Shown here: positions 37,979 to 47,584 of the stretch, in pieces
How positions within the stretch are numbered: the first letter of the stretch is position 1
How the letters are laid out: each line of letters begins with the position of its first letter
Source: Pseudomonadota bacterium
GTDB lineage: Bacteria > Pseudomonadota > Gammaproteobacteria > Burkholderiales > Burkholderiaceae_C
DNA: 64,000 nucleotides
Direction: 5' to 3'
NCBI GenBank assembly: GCA_041159245.1
Contig: JBEAZV010000078.1
Coordinates: 15,304-79,303, forward strand
Program-made: the position numbers and the translations under genes
The notes under the pieces: generated by a model
Seen by the model: the letters and a program-made list of their open reading frames with translations, nothing else
Databases searched by the model: none
Told to the model about the DNA's origin: nothing

Positions 37979-39189
37979 GCGGTGGCCTCCTGCGCAAGGT
38001 CTGCTGCACGATGCGGCGGGTGGCCGGGGGCGCGCAGGCCGGCCACGCCGAAATGGCGCATATGCAGGGCTGCGATATGGTCAAAGAAGCGAGGCAAGGA
38101 GAAAGCGGCCTGATAGAGGGCGCGCCCATTGCGCGCGAGCGTCTCACGCTGCGCACGGTCGGCCAGCAGGTCCGCCAGCGTGCGGGCCAGGCCGATGACG
38201 TCGCCCGGCGCCACGAAGCGCGCATGCACACCTTCTTGCAGCGCGTGCGGAATCTCGCCGACCGGCGTGCACACCACCGGTACCCCGCAGGCCAGGGCTT
38301 CCAGGATCACCAGGGGCAGGCCCTCGTCATGCGAGGGCAGGACGAGCACGTCGGATTCGGCCATGAGCTGGGCCACGCGCGTTTGTTCGGCCCAACCTTC
38401 AAAGCGCACACGCTCGCCCAGTCCCATGGCCATGGCGATAGCCCGGAACGTCTGTGCATCGCCGCCGCCCGCCAGCGTCAAGTGCACAGGCAGCGACGCC
38501 AGCGGTGCGAGGGCCAGAGCCCGCAGCAGCTCCGGCACGCCCTTGCGTGCGGACAGGTTTCCCACGAACAGCAGGCGTGGTGGTGCGTGCCGCTTGCACG
38601 GGCGAGGCGCAGGTGCACGTCGCGCGGGCTCGGGCACACCGTTGATCACCACCTCGATGCGGTCGGCTGGCACGCGCAGCTCGCGGTGTACGAAGTCGGC
38701 CGATTCGCGTCCGAGCACGATGCAGCACGCGGGCAGGGAGAACACCCACCGCACCAGGGCGCGGGCTGGCGTCGGGAAGCGGGGCCAGGCCCGGTGCAGT
38801 TGCGCCGCGTGCAGGTGCAGGACCACGGGCACGCCCAGCGCATGGCAAGCGGCCACCACCAGGCTTTTGCGCACCAGGCTCAGGCGCTCGGCCATGTTCA
38901 CATGCACCCCCGCGAGGCGGCCTCCCAGTCGACCCTGCACGAGGCGGCCCAGGGCCAGGACCAGGACCGCCAGGGACCAGGCCGCCCCGCGCGCACCGCG
39001 GGTGTCCAGAGGCCGCAAGCGAGCGCGGGTGGGGGCAGGCCAGGGACCGTCGTCTGCCTGCGATTGAATCAGGTAGTCGGCCACTTTGAACATGCCGCCG
39101 CCTACGGGTGTCCAAGGACAGGCGATGTAGATGTAGGGCCGCGGCGGCGTGGGGTGTGGCATGGACTGCCTTGCTCCGAGTGGGGTCAT
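37975..39189 (-). CDS. GT4 family glycosyltransferase
   Basis: LFVGNLSARKG, VLVLPSHDEGLPLVILEALACGVPVVCTPVG (EX7E). Start trimmed to the ATG 5 nt after the upstream stop. Confidence 0.9.
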   Translation of the reverse strand: MTPLGARQSMPHPTPPRPYIYIACPWTPVGGGMFKVADYLIQSQADDGPWPAPTRARLRPLDTRGARGAAWSLAVLVLALGRLVQGRLGGRLAGVHVNMAERLSLVRKSLVVAACHALGVPVVLHLHAAQLHRAWPRFPTPARALVRWVFSLPACCIVLGRESADFVHRELRVPADRIEVVINGVPEPARRAPAPRPCKRHAPPRLLFVGNLSARKGVPELLRALALAPLASLPVHLTLAGGGDAQTFRAIAMAMGLGERVRFEGWAEQTRVAQLMAESDVLVLPSHDEGLPLVILEALACGVPVVCTPVGEIPHALQEGVHARFVAPGDVIGLARTLADLLADRAQRETLARNGRALYQAAFSLPRFFDHIAALHMRHFGVAGLRAPGHPPHRAADLAQEATA

Positions 39190-39194
39190 GGGAT

Positions 39195-40340
39195 TCAGGT
39201 GGCCTGTGCCGAGGGCGGCGCCGGGCGCGCCGCAGCCGTGGTGGCGTCCGTCACGGGGGCTGGGGCCTCGTGCGGCTCGCGCACGATGCGGCTGGCGATG
39301 GCGCGCTGTGGCGGCCGTCGCCGTCGCGCCAGTCCGCGCAGCAGGCCAGCGGCCTGGACGTTCCAGGACAGCACGGCGTAGGCACCGCGCGCCAGCGAAC
39401 GCTTGCGCACGGCCATCGCCAGCACGGGCAGCATCACCAGCATCCCGAGCAAGGCGGTCCGCCCGAAAGCGGGCCAGGATGACGGCCAGGGCGCCAGGGC
39501 CGTGAGGGCCAGCAAGAGCCACCCGACCAGCACCGCGCCGTAAAGGCGCAGCTCCTGCAGATCGCGCAGCACCAGGCGGCACCAGGGCTGCCCGAAGGAC
39601 GCGCGCAACAACTCACCAGTGCCACAGGCATACCCGGTCTGCCATCGCCGCCACAGCAGCCGCAGCGCGTGCGCGGTGTGGCCGTGGTGGCTGACCGCAT
39701 CAGCCGGCAGGCGCCACAGCTTCCAGCCCTGCGCGCGCAGGCGGGCGGCCAGGTCGAACTCTTCGTAACTGTGCAGGTTGCGGTCCGAGAGATAGCCCAC
39801 TTCCGCAATGGCGCGACGCCGGTACAACGCGCCGCCATCGAGCCGGTCCACCGGGCCGGGCACGCGATGCGGTTCGCGCTGCGCCATGCGCTGGGTACGC
39901 TCGCGGTACTCGAGGTTGGAGTGGTTACGCTCGATGAGACCACCGCCCACCCCCGCGACCTCGGGATGCTGCGCCAGGAAGGACAGGGCCTGGGGCAGGA
40001 AGCCGGACTGCAGCTGCATGTCACCATCCATCAGGTACAGATAGTCGCCCTGCGAATGCTGAAATCCCAACTGCGAGCCGATGCCGCAACTGCGCTCCAG
40101 CGGATCTAGCAGTTGCACGATCCGGATCGGGTAGGCGCTGGCAATCTCCAGCGTGCGGTCGCCGGAGCCCGAGTCGGCCAGCACCACCTCGCCGGTCAGG
40201 CCCACGATCGCAGCGAGCGCACTCTCGATCGCCGCGGCGATCCGGGCCTGTTCATTGAGCGCCTTGATGATCACCGTCACCGTGCAGGCGACATGCTCCG
40301 GACCCGCCGGGCCCGAGCACGGGTGGGCGGGAACCCTCAT
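39195..40340 (-). CDS. GT2 family glycosyltransferase with C-terminal TM helices
   Basis: VIIKALNE, VVLADSGSGDRT, LMDGD, EEFDLAARL; ATGA overlap at 40337-40340. Confidence 0.9.
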   Translation of the reverse strand: MRVPAHPCSGPAGPEHVACTVTVIIKALNEQARIAAAIESALAAIVGLTGEVVLADSGSGDRTLEIASAYPIRIVQLLDPLERSCGIGSQLGFQHSQGDYLYLMDGDMQLQSGFLPQALSFLAQHPEVAGVGGGLIERNHSNLEYRERTQRMAQREPHRVPGPVDRLDGGALYRRRAIAEVGYLSDRNLHSYEEFDLAARLRAQGWKLWRLPADAVSHHGHTAHALRLLWRRWQTGYACGTGELLRASFGQPWCRLVLRDLQELRLYGAVLVGWLLLALTALAPWPSSWPAFGRTALLGMLVMLPVLAMAVRKRSLARGAYAVLSWNVQAAGLLRGLARRRRPPQRAIASRIVREPHEAPAPVTDATTAAARPAPPSAQAT

Positions 40341-41308
40341 CGCCAGGCTCCCTGTGAAAAGGCGTCGGCGTTGCGCAGGCGCCAGCGTTGCCAGCGGTCG
40401 GCCAGGTGCACCGGCATGAACAAGGCCATGGCCAGTGTCAGCTGCCAGCGCCGGCTCCAAAGGCCGTGACGGGCCTTCAAGAGCCATGAAAGCGCCATCG
40501 CGCGTTCCCCCGCCGCCAGGGCCTCGCGCGCCAGCGTCACCTGCTGCTGCGCCACGAACCACAGCGCCGAGTCTCGGTGGTGTGGGGGCAGTGTGCCGTC
40601 CAGTGCCTGCGCCTGCATGCGCGCGAGAAAGGGGGCGAAGCGCCGGCGGTAGTTCGCGGTCAGGCTGCCGGGTACGTTACTGCGCACCGTGGAATAGGGC
40701 GCGTTGACCAGTGCCACCGGCGTCTGGTCGGCGATGCGAAACCACATGTCCAGATCCTCTCCCCAGGATTCACCCTCGACGAAACGTGGCTGCATGGACC
40801 GCAGACGGCGGGCGCGTATCGCCACGCTACTGCTGCACAGGGGCGCGTTCTTCATCCACCGCAGGCGCAGGTCCTCGATCAGTTCGACCTCGCAAAAGCC
40901 CTTGGGTACAGGCCAGGGTACGAACGGTCGGCCCGTGGGTTCCTGCACGATGCGAAAGCGTGTGGCCAGCATGTCGGCCTCCGGGCACAGGGCCTGTGCG
41001 CGCGCCAGCGCCTGCAGGAACTGCGGGTGGTAGGCGTCGTCGGCATCGAGCAGTGCCACCCACTCCCCGCGGGCCAGGTCAATGCCGCGGTTACGGGCTG
41101 CCGAGACGCCCGCATTGGACTGGCGCACCAGCCGCAAGCGCTCGTCGTGCAGGCCGGCCAGCGACTTGAGACTGCCGTCGCTGGAGCCGTCGTCGATCAC
41201 GATCACCTCCAGCGGCGACAGGGTCTGGTCCAGGGCCGAGGCTACTGTCGCCGCGATGAAGCGCGCCTTGTTGTAAAGCGGGATGACGACCGAGAAACGC
41301 AGGGTCAT
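40337..41308 (-). CDS. GT2 family glycosyltransferase
   Basis: SVVIPLYNK, VIDDGSSD, NAGVSAARNRG, LLDADD, GEDLDMW. Confidence 0.93.
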   Translation of the reverse strand: MTLRFSVVIPLYNKARFIAATVASALDQTLSPLEVIVIDDGSSDGSLKSLAGLHDERLRLVRQSNAGVSAARNRGIDLARGEWVALLDADDAYHPQFLQALARAQALCPEADMLATRFRIVQEPTGRPFVPWPVPKGFCEVELIEDLRLRWMKNAPLCSSSVAIRARRLRSMQPRFVEGESWGEDLDMWFRIADQTPVALVNAPYSTVRSNVPGSLTANYRRRFAPFLARMQAQALDGTLPPHHRDSALWFVAQQQVTLAREALAAGERAMALSWLLKARHGLWSRRWQLTLAMALFMPVHLADRWQRWRLRNADAFSQGAWR

Positions 41309-42639
41309 GGCACCACTCCGTAGCGCAGCGTGCGGGCGCGGTGCGCAGGCAACGGCTGACGCGCTGCGGCCGAGGCCAAGGCCACCAGCAGCACCAGATG
41401 CACCATGAGCTCCGAGCCATACCCCAGGAGCGACAGCGGCACCTCGCTGATGGCACGCAGGGCCAACGACAGGAACAGCGCGATCGACAGGCCCGCCGTG
41501 GCCCGCGCATGGCGCACCGACAGCACCGCCAGGGTCAGGGCGTACACCCCCAGCGCCAGGACTCCTACCGTGCCCGTGCGTGCGGCGTCGTCCATCAACT
41601 GGTTATGGGCATGCGTCGCATGCGGCAGGTCGATGCGCGCGCGGTACAGGGCATCCCACAGCGTCAGGCCGTAGCCGAAGACCGGATGGCTGCGCCACTC
41701 CTCGGCCGCGATGGCCCAGATGCGGTCTCGTCCTGTCATCGTCGCCAGCTGCGCGCCTTCGGGGCTCTGAAGGAACTGGCCCATACGCCCCGTCGCGTCA
41801 CCCACGATCAGGGCTACCGCCACCGCCGCGATTCCCGACGCGACGACGCCCAGCACCAGCAGACCCAGGACGCCGTGGCGCGGATCGCCCAGGCGCCGCC
41901 ACAGTGCCGGGCCATATCGCACGATCGCCATTGCCCCCAGACAGACCACGAAGGCGATCCAGGCCGTCTTCGATTGCGCGACGACCAGCACGCCCAAGGC
42001 GACCGACCATGCGGCCCGGTTCACCCAGGGGCGAGGGTAGGGAAAGGCCCACAGCAGCAGCGTGGCGACCTGCGCCAGCGACCCCTGCGTGACCGGGTGC
42101 GGAGTCAGGCCCGCGAAACGGGGCAGGGCCTGCAGCAGTCCTGCGGTGTAGGTCGGGTCCATGACCAGCGTGGGCCGCAGGGGCCACAGGGCCAGGCCGG
42201 CGAGCATCAGCGCCATCAGCGCGTCGCGCGCGGCGCGCAGGATGCGATCGCTGCCCTCGGGCTGCACCAGGCAGCACGCCGTCCCCATGGCCAGGGCGTA
42301 CAGCAGTTCGTGGCTCACGCGGGGATGCGCCCCGAACAGCGCGGGCGCTCCGATGGTGCCGGCCCAGAAAATGAGGAAGGCAGTCAGCAGCGCGAACGAG
42401 GGCACGCGCCGCTGCAGGGCGAGGTGGTTGATCACCTGTTCCAGCGCCGCCACCAGCAGCAGCAGCGACACCGCACGCTGCAGCCAGACCACCGCGGGCA
42501 GTCTTAGAGGCTGGTCGAGCGCCTGCAGGTCGGAGAAGCTGTGGGTCAGGTCGCGACCGCTGGTCAGCACGCTCACCGCACCCACCAGCAGCATGGCCGG
42601 AAAGGCCCATTGCAGGAGGCCATGGGCGGGCGCCTTCAT
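41305..42639 (-). CDS. O-antigen ligase/Wzy-like polymerase
   Basis: Polytopic membrane protein; AQSKTAW, MTGRDRIW, HPVFGYG, HAHNQ (Wzy_C-type). Confidence 0.85.
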   Translation of the reverse strand: MKAPAHGLLQWAFPAMLLVGAVSVLTSGRDLTHSFSDLQALDQPLRLPAVVWLQRAVSLLLLVAALEQVINHLALQRRVPSFALLTAFLIFWAGTIGAPALFGAHPRVSHELLYALAMGTACCLVQPEGSDRILRAARDALMALMLAGLALWPLRPTLVMDPTYTAGLLQALPRFAGLTPHPVTQGSLAQVATLLLWAFPYPRPWVNRAAWSVALGVLVVAQSKTAWIAFVVCLGAMAIVRYGPALWRRLGDPRHGVLGLLVLGVVASGIAAVAVALIVGDATGRMGQFLQSPEGAQLATMTGRDRIWAIAAEEWRSHPVFGYGLTLWDALYRARIDLPHATHAHNQLMDDAARTGTVGVLALGVYALTLAVLSVRHARATAGLSIALFLSLALRAISEVPLSLLGYGSELMVHLVLLVALASAAARQPLPAHRARTLRYGVVP

Positions 42640-44180
42640 GCATCCCCCACGATGGAGGCGGGCCGCGCGCCGTCCGCGCGGGCCAGGCCCGGCATCACGC
42701 GTGCGAGCAGCTCACGTGCTTCGGACCCGAGCAGGTCGGGCCAGGTCCAGGCCAAGACCAGGCCGGTCGCAGCGGCGGCGGCGCTACCGATCATGAGGGC
42801 CATCGCCGCTGCGCCAGCGGGTGGCAGTGCCAGCAGACTCGCGCTCCAGTGCGCCGTACCCTGCGCGGTCCACGCGGCCAGCCCGCACAGGCCCGAGAGT
42901 AGGGCCCCGCGTGCCAGCAAAGGCAGCAGGCGATGCGCCCGCAGGTCCAGGGCCCGCATAGCGGCGCCGACGATCACGACCGCTCGCGCATGGATCGCCA
43001 GGATCGACACGGCCGCCGCCACCTCCAGGCCCTGGGGCGCCAGCCACCACCAGGCGGGTACGGCAACCAGCAGCAGGGGCCATTGCAGCCCCGCTTCCTG
43101 CCAGCGGCGTCCCGTGTTCCACAACACCGGCGTGGACAGACCCCAGGCCGTCCAGGCGGGCAGGCACAGGAACAGCAGCGACAGCACCCACCCAGCGGCC
43201 TCCCAGCGCGGGCCATAGGCCAGGGCCACCAGGTCTGGCGCCAGCAGCGCCAGCGACACGGCTGCCGGCATCACCAGCACCAGCACGCAGGCCAGCACCC
43301 GCAGCCAGGCCCGAGCCAGGCGAGGCCGTTCACCAGCCAGTTGCGCGCCGGCCGAGAGGAAGGCTGGCTGCAGTGCACCCACCAGCAGGGTCACGGGGAT
43401 CTGGGCCAGGTTCCAGGCCAGCGTGTACAGCCCCACCGCCTGCGTGTGCAGCACGCGTGCGATCACGAGGCGGTCCAGGTTCGTCAGCAGCCAGTTCACG
43501 AGGTTGGTGATGAAGACCGTGCGTCCCGTGCCCAGTGCCTGGCTGCGGGGCGGCTCGCGCAGCAGCGGCCGCAGCGCGTGGGGGCGGCGCCACCAGCAAC
43601 CGGCCAGCACCACGGCCGCCTGCACCACGCAGGCCAGCGCCAGCGCGTCGGCCCCCCAGCCCGCCAGCGCCAGGGGCACGCCAGTGCCTAGGTAACCGAC
43701 GGCATAGGCCGTCACCTGGATCAGGCCCAGCGCGCGGAAATCGAGCTCGCGTTGCAGCAGGCACAGCGCCGTTGCGCTGGCCGCAGTGAGCACGCAGGCC
43801 AGCGCCAGCCACCGCAGCATCGAGGCCACGCCGGGCTCATGGAACCACGCGGCCAGCACCGGCGCCAGCAACACCATGACCAAGGCGCAGGCCATACCCG
43901 CCAACAGCTGCCAGGTGAAGGCAAAGCGGATGTCGGACAGGCCCACCTGAGGCTGCAGCAGCAGGCTGTAGCTAAAGCCCGTGCCCGCTAGAAAGGTCGC
44001 GAAAGTGAGTACCGCGATGCCGATGCCGTAGACGCCGTAGGGTCCCGGCCCGAGCAGACGCGCCAGTGTCACTTGTGCGCCCAGTTGCAGCGCGAATCGC
44101 GCGGCGGTGGTGCAGGTGCTCCAGGTCACGGCGCGGCGCGCGCGCACGGACAAGGGCAGTGCCGCCTGTGTGGCGCTCAT
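42636..44180 (-). CDS. Wzx-like oligosaccharide flippase
   Basis: LARLLGPGPYG, LLQRELDF, NLDRLVIAR, VGLYTLAW. Start trimmed to the ATG overlapping the upstream TGA (44177-44180). Confidence 0.88.
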   Translation of the reverse strand: MSATQAALPLSVRARRAVTWSTCTTAARFALQLGAQVTLARLLGPGPYGVYGIGIAVLTFATFLAGTGFSYSLLLQPQVGLSDIRFAFTWQLLAGMACALVMVLLAPVLAAWFHEPGVASMLRWLALACVLTAASATALCLLQRELDFRALGLIQVTAYAVGYLGTGVPLALAGWGADALALACVVQAAVVLAGCWWRRPHALRPLLREPPRSQALGTGRTVFITNLVNWLLTNLDRLVIARVLHTQAVGLYTLAWNLAQIPVTLLVGALQPAFLSAGAQLAGERPRLARAWLRVLACVLVLVMPAAVSLALLAPDLVALAYGPRWEAAGWVLSLLFLCLPAWTAWGLSTPVLWNTGRRWQEAGLQWPLLLVAVPAWWWLAPQGLEVAAAVSILAIHARAVVIVGAAMRALDLRAHRLLPLLARGALLSGLCGLAAWTAQGTAHWSASLLALPPAGAAAMALMIGSAAAAATGLVLAWTWPDLLGSEARELLARVMPGLARADGARPASIVGDA

Positions 44181-44530
44181 GGCGCGCCGCCACCCAGACG
44201 CCGCAGCGCGATGCCCACCATCAGTGCGATGCCAGCCAGTACCAGGCCGCGCTCGCGCGGCGACGTCTGTGCCGGCGCGGGTGTGGGGGCTGGGGTTGGG
44301 GTTGGGGTTGGGGCGCGCGCGGTGTCTGTTGCGTTTTGCGAAGACGGGCCCGCGGTCTGCGGCGCCTCGCGTGTCGCGCCGCCCGTCAAAACCTGTGGTG
44401 TGGCATCGGCTTTGGCGTGGGGCACCGCGTGGGTGAAGGCGGATGACGGGCCGTGTGGTGCGTCGTCCGCAGAGGCTGCCATCGCCTGGCCGCACAGGCA
44501 CATCAGCGTGGCGGCGACTCGAGGGTCCAT
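44177..44530 (-). CDS. Small exported Pro/Thr/Ala-rich protein with a PEP-CTERM-like C-terminal TM + RR tail
   Basis: GGAGGA RBS; N-terminal VAATLMCLCGQAMAA; low-complexity PTPTPTPAPTPAP; SPRERGLVLAGIALMVGIALRR tail; ATGA coupling to wzx. Confidence 0.7.
   Translation of the reverse strand: MDPRVAATLMCLCGQAMAASADDAPHGPSSAFTHAVPHAKADATPQVLTGGATREAPQTAGPSSQNATDTARAPTPTPTPAPTPAPAQTSPRERGLVLAGIALMVGIALRRLGGGAP
44285..44313 (+). repeat. (GGGGTT)n hexamer repeat with five G-tracts, encoding the Pro-Thr linker on the minus strand
   Basis: GGGGGCTGGGGTTGGGGTTGGGGTTGGGG read directly from the sequence. Confidence 0.8.
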
Positions 44531-44636
44531 GGCGTCCGTCCTCCTGGCAGTGAAGTCAGGGCGGATTCTGGAAGTGGCACTCGAGCTAGGGCGTCAGATA
44601 ACGCCGACGGCTGATGGCTCCTTCAGGCCAAGGGAT

Positions 44637-45533
44637 TCAACGAGGCCGCGTGGCGCCGGGCAGCACCATCATTCCGGTGGCCAGGGCGGTGCCAAAGAGG
44701 ATGATGGCGCCGCAGCCCACCATCCAGGCGGTCAGGGTCTCGCCCAGGAAAATCACCCCATAGCTCATGGCCGCGACCGGGATCACAAAGGTCACGGCCA
44801 ATGCGCGTGCGGGCCCCGCCCGCTCGATCAGGCGGAAATACAGCACATAGGCCACGCCACTGCAGGCGACGCCCAGCACCGCGGCGGCAGCCCAGGCCTG
44901 CAGACCTGGCATTCGGTCTGGCCACTCCCACGCAGCGGGCAGCGCCAGGGCCAGCGTCGCCCCGATCTGGCTGCCGGTGGCGGTCACCAGCGAAGGGATG
45001 CCGGTTAGGTAGCGCTTGGTGTAGCTGGCCGCGATGCCGTAGCACAGGCAGGCCGCCAAGCAAGCCGCCATTGACCAGCTCGCCAAGGTCGCATCGGCAC
45101 CCGGACGGATGCCTGCACCATGGCCCGCGAGCAGCGCCACGCCGAGAAAGCCGATCAACAGGCCGACGGTGCGCGATCCGGTCGGCGAGTCCTTCAGCCA
45201 GATCCAGGCCACGATCGCACCGAACATCGGTGTGGTCGCATTCAGGATGGAGGCCAGACCCGTGTCCAGGTGGGCGAGCGCGAAGGCATACAGCGCGAAG
45301 GGGATGCCCGAATTGAAGACCCCGACCAGGAAGGTGGCGCGCCAATGTCGGCGCAGGTCTCCCAGCAGGCCACGCCGCGCCAAGAGGGGCAGCAGGAAAA
45401 GCGCGGCGATCCCGACTCGCAGGGCGGCAGTGGGCATCACGCCCAGATCTGGCACCGCCATTTGAATGAACAGGAACGAAGCGCCCCAGATGGCGGCCAG
45501 TGCCAGGAAATCGATCAGGTCTTTCAGCGGCAT
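44637..45533 (-). CDS. DMT/EamA family transporter
   Basis: IWGASFLF, ILNATTPMFG, two EamA repeats, VTFVIPV. Confidence 0.92.
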   Translation of the reverse strand: MPLKDLIDFLALAAIWGASFLFIQMAVPDLGVMPTAALRVGIAALFLLPLLARRGLLGDLRRHWRATFLVGVFNSGIPFALYAFALAHLDTGLASILNATTPMFGAIVAWIWLKDSPTGSRTVGLLIGFLGVALLAGHGAGIRPGADATLASWSMAACLAACLCYGIAASYTKRYLTGIPSLVTATGSQIGATLALALPAAWEWPDRMPGLQAWAAAAVLGVACSGVAYVLYFRLIERAGPARALAVTFVIPVAAMSYGVIFLGETLTAWMVGCGAIILFGTALATGMMVLPGATRPR

Positions 45534-45570
45534 GCCGGGGTGTTCACCGCAGATCGGGTGGGTCCTGGGG

Positions 45571-46080
45571 TCACGCGATCGCGCCTTCCAGCTGCAACAG
45601 GGCGGTCTTGCGTGTCAGGCCCCCGGCGTAGCCGGTGAGCGCGCCGGCCGCCCCCACCACGCGGTGACAAGGCACCACGATGCTCACCGGATTGCGGCCC
45701 ACCGCTGCGCCCACGGCACGCACTGCACGCGGCGCGCCCACGCGAGTGGCCAGCGCCGTGTAGCTCTCGGTGATGCCGGCAGGAATGCTGCGCAGGGCCT
45801 GCCATACGCGGCTCTGGAAGTCGGTGCCGCCGGACAGGTCCAGGGGCAGGTCGAAGCGATCGCGTTCGCTGGCGAAATAGGCGTCCAGCTGTCGGCATGC
45901 CTCGATCAGCACCGGGTGCGCGGGCGCGGCACGCCATCCCGACGTGTCCTGCGGCCCGTGACGCTGGCCCTCGAACCACAGACCGGCCAAGCCTTGCGCG
46001 CTGGCCGCCAGCAGGATCGGACCTAGGGGGCTGCCATGCGTGACGGTGACCAGTTCTCGGGCGGGGCGGGCTGCGGGCAT
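45571..46080 (-). CDS. ogt: Methylated-DNA--protein-cysteine methyltransferase
   Basis: GTDFQSRVW, RAVGAAVGRNP, VVPCHRV, LTGYAGG. Confidence 0.95.
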   Translation of the reverse strand: MPAARPARELVTVTHGSPLGPILLAASAQGLAGLWFEGQRHGPQDTSGWRAAPAHPVLIEACRQLDAYFASERDRFDLPLDLSGGTDFQSRVWQALRSIPAGITESYTALATRVGAPRAVRAVGAAVGRNPVSIVVPCHRVVGAAGALTGYAGGLTRKTALLQLEGAIA

Positions 46081-46201
46081 ACGGGGATGATACGCACGGC
46101 TGGCTGGGTGACGGCCTGTTTCCGCTGGGCTCGGGCCCGCGCCGTCCCTGCCACAATGCGCCTGGCCGGTGCGTCACGCGGCCTCTAGCTTCTACCCGCC
46201 C

Positions 46202-47584
46202 ATGAACTTTCCTGCCTCCATCTTCAAGGCCTACGACATCCGCGGCATCGTGCCGTCCACCCTGACTGAGGACACCGCACAGGCCCTGGGTCTGGCCTTT
46301 GGCACCGCGGCCGTGCGTGCCGGAGAGCGCACGGTGGCCGTGGGACGCGACGGCCGTTTGAGCGGCCCGGCCCTCTCGGCGGCCCTGGTGCGTGGCCTGC
46401 TCGCCTCGGGCGTCGACGTGATCGACATCGGCATGGCCACGACCCCCATGCTGTATTTCGCGGCCAGCACCCTGTGCACCAGCGGCATCCAAGTCACCGG
46501 CAGCCACAACCCGCGCGACTACAACGGCTTCAAGATGGTCCTGGCGGGCCGTGCGATCCACGGCGAGGAGATCCAGTCCCTGCGACGCGCCATGGAGCAG
46601 GGCGGCGCCCCGGCGGCCACGCCCGGGCGCGTACGCAACGTCAATGTGCTGCTGCCTTACCGGGACCGCATCGTCTCGGACGTGAAGCTCGCGCGGCCCC
46701 TGCGCATCGTGGTGGACTGCGGCAACGGCGTGGCGGGTGCCTCGGCGCCCGCCATCTTGCGTGCGCTCGGATGCGAGGTCACCGAGCTGTATTCCGAGGT
46801 AGATGGCAATTTCCCGAACCACCACCCTGACCCGAGCAAGCCCGAGAACCTGCGTGATCTCATCGCCGCCCTGCAATCTACCGGTGCCGAGCTCGGTCTG
46901 GCCTTCGACGGCGATGGTGACCGCCTTGGCATCGTCACGCCGGCGGGCCACACCATCTACCCCGACCGCCAGATGATGCTGTTCGCGCGCGACGTCCTCT
47001 CGCGCGTGCCGGGCGGCACCATCGTTTTTGACGTCAAGTGCTCGCAGCGTCTGGCCCCCGCCATTCGCGAGGCGGGCGGCGTGCCCCTGATGTTCCGTAC
47101 CGGCCACTCCCTGATCAAGGCCCGCATGAAGGAAGTCGACTCGCCCCTGGGCGGCGAGATGAGTGGCCACATCTTTTTCAAGGAACGCTGGTACGGCTTC
47201 GATGACGGCACCTATGCTGCCGCGCGTCTGCTGGAAATCCTCTCGCGCCATGCCGATGCCGGCGCAGTACTCGAGGGCTTGCCCACCAGCTTTTCTACCC
47301 CTGAGCTCAACGTGCGTTGCGCCGAAGGCGAGCCGCACGCGCTGGTCGAGCGCCTCGTCGCCTCGGCCCGATTTCCCGCGCCGGCCGAGGTCAACACCAT
47401 CGACGGCGTGCGCGTGGACTGGCCGGACGGCTTCGGCCTGATCCGCGCCTCCAACACGACGCCAGTGCTGGTGCTGCGCTTTGAGGGGCACACGCCCGAG
47501 GCCCTGCACCGCATCGAGGCCGAGATGCTCGCCCTGCTGCGTAGCGTCAAGCCCGACGCGTCGTTCTCCGAGGCGGCGCATTGA
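46202..47584 (+). CDS. Phosphomannomutase/phosphoglucomutase (AlgC-like)
   Basis: FKAYDIRG, VTGSHNP, AFDGDGDR, GEMSGH, RASNTTP. Confidence 0.95.
   Translation: MNFPASIFKAYDIRGIVPSTLTEDTAQALGLAFGTAAVRAGERTVAVGRDGRLSGPALSAALVRGLLASGVDVIDIGMATTPMLYFAASTLCTSGIQVTGSHNPRDYNGFKMVLAGRAIHGEEIQSLRRAMEQGGAPAATPGRVRNVNVLLPYRDRIVSDVKLARPLRIVVDCGNGVAGASAPAILRALGCEVTELYSEVDGNFPNHHPDPSKPENLRDLIAALQSTGAELGLAFDGDGDRLGIVTPAGHTIYPDRQMMLFARDVLSRVPGGTIVFDVKCSQRLAPAIREAGGVPLMFRTGHSLIKARMKEVDSPLGGEMSGHIFFKERWYGFDDGTYAAARLLEILSRHADAGAVLEGLPTSFSTPELNVRCAEGEPHALVERLVASARFPAPAEVNTIDGVRVDWPDGFGLIRASNTTPVLVLRFEGHTPEALHRIEAEMLALLRSVKPDASFSEAAH

Noticed and set aside
44575-44590. Sigma54-like TGGCAC near the start of the second eps arm
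   Set aside because: The -12 element is CTAG rather than TTGC, and the orientation points away from the eps arm.
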